NCBI RefSeq assembly: GCF_056712565.1
Contig: NZ_CM160072.1
Length of the DNA: 64,000 bases
Strand: one strand, 5' to 3'
Notes under the pieces: model-generated
What the model was told of the DNA's origin: nothing
What the model saw: the letters and a program-made list of their open reading frames with translations, nothing else
Databases searched by the model: none
Program-made: the position numbers and the translations under genes
In this document: piece by piece, positions 62,462 through 64,000 of the stretch
Position numbering within the stretch: the first letter of the stretch is position 1
Layout of the letters: the number at the start of each line of letters is the position of its first letter

Positions 62462-63226
62462 TTAACCTTTCTGCTCGACGGAAATCATGGTGACAAAAGG
62501 ATAGCGTTGCCACGGGATTGCCTCGCCTTTCATATACATATGTGAAATTGTGCCATCAAGATAAAGCAGCTGCTCAACGTTCAGTTTCGCTTTGGCATAA
62601 CAGGCAAAATCATAAAAATTTGTCGCCTGCTGGCTCAACAAAAACACGGCGTTCCCATGTTTATTAATCCCAACACCGTTACGAATTTTACGTGAGGCGA
62701 CGTTGGGATGAATACGCGGATTAATTACACCGTTTTCCATCAACAATGGCCCTGACTGCACCGCAAACTGAATCTCTTTACTGGTTTTAAAGGCATCCAG
62801 ACGAACGATGCCGACTTTATCTCCCGCGACATAAAACACTCCGCCAGGACGAATAAAGAAATTCCCTTCACCTGAAGCGAGATTTAACGCCACCTTCTGC
62901 TGACCGTTTTCGATGTACAAACCGAGCGGCGCATAGCTTTCATCATAGATGCCGCCGTTCATCGCCATCTGCACCTGACCCTGACTATTAATATCCGCCA
63001 GCAGAGCATGTAACGTTCCCCACGCTTCGCCATTGGCTTTTTGCCAGTACATTTTCACCCGCTCTGTTTGAGGATTAACGGTATACGCCTGTACGGTCAG
63101 CGTCGGATCTGAGGGTGCGCAATCATCAGCGGCAACAGCAAACAAGGGAAGTAAGGTGAGGGTGAGAAAAATCCGTTTGAGATTCAAGGTGATCATTCCT
63201 TTACCAATGAATAGCCGATGCGCCAT
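62462..63226 (-). CDS. yigE: DUF2233-family secreted protein YigE (phosphodiester glycosidase-like fold)
   Basis: 254-aa track ORF; signal peptide (LTLTLLPLFAVA) after probable internal start MITLNLKR. Confidence 0.8.
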   Translation of the reverse strand: MAHRLFIGKGMITLNLKRIFLTLTLLPLFAVAADDCAPSDPTLTVQAYTVNPQTERVKMYWQKANGEAWGTLHALLADINSQGQVQMAMNGGIYDESYAPLGLYIENGQQKVALNLASGEGNFFIRPGGVFYVAGDKVGIVRLDAFKTSKEIQFAVQSGPLLMENGVINPRIHPNVASRKIRNGVGINKHGNAVFLLSQQATNFYDFACYAKAKLNVEQLLYLDGTISHMYMKGEAIPWQRYPFVTMISVEQKG

Positions 63227-63318
63227 TATAGGCCCTGAATGTGGGATTTTTTTATCCTGTTAGCGACCTTGACGAGTACCAAAAAGCGCGAAGTTCAACT
63301 ATTGTTCTGTGGTGTTCT

Positions 63319-63350
63319 GTTGCGTGTTGACGGCAAAATTTTGCTGGCGT
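63319..63350 (+). promoter_or_regulatory. putative sigma70 promoter for corA
   Basis: ttgacg -35, 17-bp spacer, taacat -10 (gtgttgacggcaaaattttgctggcgtaacatgcg); leaves a ~240-nt 5' leader. Confidence 0.45.
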
Positions 63351-63595
63351 AACATGCGCGCACGATCACTCTAAGAGGACATTCGCCTTGGACACACCCA
63401 GTAGATACTGGCTCATTATCCTGTCATCCAGGATCAACTCCTAAGGCTATCCCTTTTTGCTGATAGCCTTAGCGGTTGTCAGCGACCTCAATTTTTCCCG
63501 TCGCGCTGAGTCAGGCTGTTTAATGGTCTGAAACCCAATTTGTTTCTGTGTGCCCACCGAACTGTCCGATATTTTAAGCATTGGGAGTCCCGGTC

Positions 63596-64000
63596 ATGCT
63601 GAGCGCATTTCAACTGGAAAATAACCGACTGACCCGGCTGGAAGTCGAAGAGTCACAACCCCTTGTAAATGCAGTATGGATTGATCTTGTCGAACCGGAC
63701 GACGACGAGCGACTGCGCGTACAATCTGAACTTGGCCAGAGCCTGGCAACCCGCCCGGAACTGGAAGACATCGAAGCATCGGCACGTTTCTTTGAAGACG
63801 ATGACGGCCTGCATATTCACTCCTTCTTCTTCTTTGAAGATGCGGAAGATCACGCCGGTAACTCCACTGTGGCATTTACCATCCGTGATGGTCGTCTGTT
63901 TACTCTGCGTGAGCGTGAACTGCCCGCTTTTCGTCTGTATCGTATGCGTGCCCGTAGCCAGTCAATGGTGGACGGTAACGCCTACGAGCTGCTGCTGGAT
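63596..64000 (+). CDS. corA: Mg2+/Co2+ transporter CorA, N-terminal part (runs off window end)
   Basis: [89 protein letters not shown]...; no stop in window. Confidence 0.88.
   Translation, partial: MLSAFQLENNRLTRLEVEESQPLVNAVWIDLVEPDDDERLRVQSELGQSLATRPELEDIEASARFFEDDDGLHIHSFFFFEDAEDHAGNSTVAFTIRDGRLFTLRERELPAFRLYRMRARSQSMVDGNAYELLLD

Overview
This window is a core Escherichia coli-type chromosomal segment (Enterobacteriaceae), recognised from the translated ORFs and exact RNA gene sequences. Gene order is hsrA' - yieP - rrnC operon (16S, tRNA-Glu, 23S, 5S, tRNA-Asp, tRNA-Trp) - hdfR - yifE - comM - ilvLXGMEDA - ilvY - ilvC - ppiC - rep - gppA - rhlB - trxA - rhoL/rho - the complete enterobacterial common antigen (wec/rff) cluster - yifK - argX-hisR-leuT-proM tRNAs - aslB - aslA - glmZ sRNA - hemYXDC - cyaA - cyaY - yifL - dapF - yigA - xerC - yigB - uvrD - yigE - corA'. 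Most of it is ordinary housekeeping DNA. Two loci stand out as probable accessory content relative to the K-12 layout as I recall it. The first is a ~2.9 kb segment between cyaY and yifL carrying two tandem paralogous secreted DKNYY-type repeat proteins, the upstream one split by a single in-frame TAG. The second is an extra signal-peptide-bearing SAM hydroxide adenosyltransferase-like (DUF62) gene between uvrD and yigE. ilvG is intact (548 aa), unlike the frameshifted K-12 allele. No CRISPR array, transposase or integrase was seen. CDS coordinates follow the supplied ORF track, with starts adjusted where the known protein N-terminus is recognisable; RNA and regulatory coordinates were read by eye and may be off by a few nt.
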